DNA of 64,000 nucleotides, taken from the NCBI GenBank assembly GCA_963703315.1, contig OY969811.1:640001-704000 (forward strand), written 5' to 3'. The translations under genes were made by a program, and so were the position numbers. This document shows positions 61,025 to 64,000 of this stretch, one piece after another. The notes below the pieces were generated by a model, which was given only the letters and a program-made list of their open reading frames with translations, was not told where the DNA came from and searched no databases. This DNA is from an uncultured cyanobacterium (GTDB taxonomy: Bacteria > Cyanobacteriota > Cyanobacteriia > Pseudanabaenales > Pseudanabaenaceae). Every line of letters starts with the position of its first letter. Position 1 is the first letter of the stretch.

Positions 61025-61100
61025 AACAAGAGAGTGGCGGTGCTTTGCACCACCACTCTCTAGAATATAAAGTCATGACAATCTGACAGAACTTTACTCT

Positions 61101-61201
61101 TATAGCGTGTTAGGACAAACCCAATAAGAGAGTGGCGGCGCAAAGCGCCGCCACTCTCTTATTGGGTTTTGATTTGTTTAATACAAATGGTGACAGCTAT
61201 A
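61101..61201. mobile_element. Family B element
   Basis: TATAGC...CAGCTATA; aaacccaataagagagtggcggcgc-aaa perfect arms. Confidence 0.78.
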
Positions 61202-61282
61202 TTAAGCTGATAGTCTCTATGTACCAATAGAAAAAGTGTTTATAATAGGCTATTAGATTACCTAAGAGCAAATCAGCGCTGG

Positions 61283-64000
61283 ATGCCTACTTTTGTAAAT
61301 ACTCCGATCTCATCAAATACATCACAGTCAAAGCCATCCCAAATTAAGGTTTTGATTGTAGAGGATGGCGAAAAAGATCGGTCTATTTATTGTCACTATA
61401 TATATTCTGATCCTACCCATAGTTATCAAATTTTTGAGACCGATCAGATCCAAGAAGCTTTTAATATTTGGCGATCGCATAGTCCTGATGTGGTACTGCT
61501 CGATTTTGATTTGGCTGATGGTAGTGCGCTCAAGTTTTTAGAAAGCATTAAGGCGAGTGTCCTAGAGCCTCAACCTGTAATTATCCTGACTAACTATCAA
61601 GATGGGCTATCGACAGCTAATGCCATCAAGATGGGTGCAGCCGATTATTTGGTTAAAGATGAGATCAGTGCGGTTTCGCTACGCCGTAGTATTCATTGGT
61701 TAGTTGATCAGTTTTCATTAGTGCGGAAGTTGCAGCGATCGCGACAACAAGAAGCTTTGATTTCGGAAATAGCACTTCATGTTCGCCAATTTCTAGAATT
61801 AAATAAAATTTATGAAGCGATCGTGCAGGATGTCAAGAAATTCTTAAACGCCGATCGCACTGTGATTTATAAATTCAATCCTAATATGAGCGGCACGATT
61901 GTTGCCGAAGCTGTCGATGCACCTTGGGAGGCTAGCATTCATGCAAATATTGTTGATACCTGCTTTCGCGATAATTTAGGGGGGGAATATCGGCATGGCA
62001 GGATTTTTGCAGCCGAGGATATTCATCATGCCAACTTAACTGCCTGCCACATTCAACTTTTAGAACGTTTTCAAGTAAAGGCAAATCTCGTAGTTCCTAT
62101 CCTCTTACCTGATCCTGCGGCGTATTTTGATAACGATCATATTAGTGAGCCACCATCTCTGTGGGGGCTATTAGTTGTCCATCAATGCTCATCTACTCGT
62201 CATTGGGACGATTTGGACTTACGCTTATTACAGCAATTGTCAGTACAACTAGCGATCGCCATTCAACAAGCCGAACTCTATCAAAATCTTCAGAACTTGA
62301 ACTCTTCTCTAGAAGAGAAGATCCATCAACGTACTGCGGCATTGCAAGACAGTGAACGCAAATTACGCCAAAGTGAGCAGTTACTGAGAGTTTCCTTTAA
62401 TAACGCGCCTGTGGGAATGGCAACCCTCAGTTTAGAGGGAAATTTCTTAACAGTTAATCAAAATATTTGTAAAACCTACGGCTATTCGGCAGAAGAGTTA
62501 CTACATCTCAAAGCGATCGATATTACCCATCCCGAATCGATCGAACCCACGATCGCGAGCTTAAACAGATTGGTCAGGGGGGAAGCATCCAGCACCATGT
62601 TGGAGAAACAATACATCCATAAAAATGGCAAAATCGTGGACGCGATTAGTCGGGTTAGCTTGATCCGTGATCCAGATAATGATCCTGTGCAGTTTGTAGT
62701 GAGCGTCGAAGATGTCACTGAGAAGAAGCAAAATGAAGCAAAACTAGCTGCTGCTAAGGTAGCCGAAGCCTCCAATAAAGCTAAAAGTGAATTTTTGGCA
62801 GCCATGAGTCACGAAATTCGCACACCAATGAATGCTGTCATTGGGATGGCGGGTCTCTTAACCAATACGCCCCTTTCCACACAGCAGCAAAAATTTGTTT
62901 CTGGAATTCGACAAGGCGGGGAAGTATTACTGTCGGTAATTAATAAAATCCTTGATTTCTCTCAAATTGAATCTGGCACCATTGAATTAGAAGAACATCC
63001 TTTTGATTTCCGTAATTGTATTGAAGAGATTCTGGAGTTAATGTCATCTAATGCTGCGGAAAAGTCGTTAGAACTATCTGCGCTCATTCAGGGGGATGTC
63101 CCCCAACACATCATTGGTGACTCTACCTGTCTACGCCAAGTTTTAGTGAATTTAATCGGTAACGCGATCAAGTTTACTCAAAAAGGTGAGATTGCGATCG
63201 CCGTGAATTCAACCTTAGTGGAGCCAGCATCTAATACATATCAATTGGATTTTCAGGTGTGTGATACAGGTGTGGGTATTGCTCCAGAGGCAATCAATCG
63301 ACTATTTAAGCCCTTTAGTCAAGCAGATAGCTCCATCACGCGCCAATATGGTGGCACTGGATTGGGATTAGCTATCTGCAAAGAGCTTTGTAAGCTCATG
63401 GGTGGCGATATTCAAGTAGAAAGTACCCTCGGAAAGGGGACAACCTTTAGCTTTACAATCCGTACTCAAGCGATCGCCTCCGAATCTATAGCGATCGCCC
63501 CTGAACTAGCTCAAAAACGGATTCTTGTAGTCAATGCCAATAAAACAGTTCAGAAAGCTATTCTTCTATATGTCCAAGCTTGGGGAATGACGGTTCAAGC
63601 TGCCTATTCAGAAGGTTCGGCTTTAAAATATTTAGAAACGAATGAATTTGACGTTGTGTTAGTTGAACGTCATTTGCAATCATTAGATGGATTAGATTTT
63701 GCCAGCAACATTCAAGAAGTTTTTCCTGACTTACCGCTTATCATCATGACTTCATTTGTGGATACTAGTATTTCTAGTTCTACACACTTGGCTGGATATT
63801 TGACCAAACCGATTACTTCATCAAAGCTGTATCAACTATTTTTAAACTTATTTGCAACTGCTGATGCTCAGCCCCCCAGCCATCTAGTTGATAGTTTTCA
63901 ACTAAGTAGCAATTTTGCGAACGAGCATCCCTTTAAAATTTTGATTGTTGAAGATAACTCTGTCAATCAACAAATTCTCTCACTTATGTTGGAAAGTCTA
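61283..64000 (+). CDS. Partial hybrid sensor histidine kinase: REC, cyanobacteriochrome GAF, PAS, HisKA/HATPase, REC(s)
   Basis: Hand translation: KVLIVED; DRTVIYKF..DTCF..ACHIQLL..LWGLLVVHQC; KSEFLAAMSHEIRTPMN; YGGTGLGL; runs off the edge. Confidence 0.9.
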   Translation, partial: MPTFVNTPISSNTSQSKPSQIKVLIVEDGEKDRSIYCHYIYSDPTHSYQIFETDQIQEAFNIWRSHSPDVVLLDFDLADGSALKFLESIKASVLEPQPVIILTNYQDGLSTANAIKMGAADYLVKDEISAVSLRRSIHWLVDQFSLVRKLQRSRQQEALISEIALHVRQFLELNKIYEAIVQDVKKFLNADRTVIYKFNPNMSGTIVAEAVDAPWEASIHANIVDTCFRDNLGGEYRHGRIFAAEDIHHANLTACHIQLLERFQVKANLVVPILLPDPAAYFDNDHISEPPSLWGLLVVHQCSSTRHWDDLDLRLLQQLSVQLAIAIQQAELYQNLQNLNSSLEEKIHQRTAALQDSERKLRQSEQLLRVSFNNAPVGMATLSLEGNFLTVNQNICKTYGYSAEELLHLKAIDITHPESIEPTIASLNRLVRGEASSTMLEKQYIHKNGKIVDAISRVSLIRDPDNDPVQFVVSVEDVTEKKQNEAKLAAAKVAEASNKAKSEFLAAMSHEIRTPMNAVIGMAGLLTNTPLSTQQQKFVSGIRQGGEVLLSVINKILDFSQIESGTIELEEHPFDFRNCIEEILELMSSNAAEKSLELSALIQGDVPQHIIGDSTCLRQVLVNLIGNAIKFTQKGEIAIAVNSTLVEPASNTYQLDFQVCDTGVGIAPEAINRLFKPFSQADSSITRQYGGTGLGLAICKELCKLMGGDIQVESTLGKGTTFSFTIRTQAIASESIAIAPELAQKRILVVNANKTVQKAILLYVQAWGMTVQAAYSEGSALKYLETNEFDVVLVERHLQSLDGLDFASNIQEVFPDLPLIIMTSFVDTSISSSTHLAGYLTKPITSSKLYQLFLNLFATADAQPPSHLVDSFQLSSNFANEHPFKILIVEDNSVNQQILSLMLESL

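Noticed and set aside
1..64000. CRISPR array, tRNA/rRNA genes, transposase or integrase
   Set aside because: Repeats are dispersed palindromes, not regularly spaced repeat-spacer units; no RNA gene or recombinase motifs seen

Overview
Cyanobacterial chromosomal window: the HIP1 octamer GCGATCGC is very frequent, and OCP/FRP, rpaB, cpcS, a ccmK-like gene and mcdAB are present. A Pseudanabaena-like filamentous strain is my inference only. Most genes are housekeeping or accessory (map, pilT, cpcS, cysE, codA, aroQ/aroB/aroG-type, pncB, infC, holA, dnaB, bioF, lspA, dus). Three CDSs are missing from the ORF track: a partial CDS at the left edge, a 56-aa Hli protein, and a partial REC-DXCF-GAF-PAS hybrid kinase at the right edge. 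The most striking non-coding signal is a dense, modular set of TA-flanked ~80-120 bp palindromic elements. They fall into several end families, carry interchangeable hairpin cores, and mostly have 3-nt loops reading GNA or ANA on one strand. One copy is inserted in frame in a lipoprotein signal peptide, and another has both arms converted to HIP1. Other highlights: a DUF433/DUF5615 toxin-antitoxin pair followed by a solitary integron attC site inside a duplicated insertion hotspot; a natural 151-aa DnaB mini-intein; an orphan Rpn C-terminal (antitoxin-like) ORF with its own RBS; and an M50 pseudo-protease. All calls come from reading the sequence; no database searches were run.
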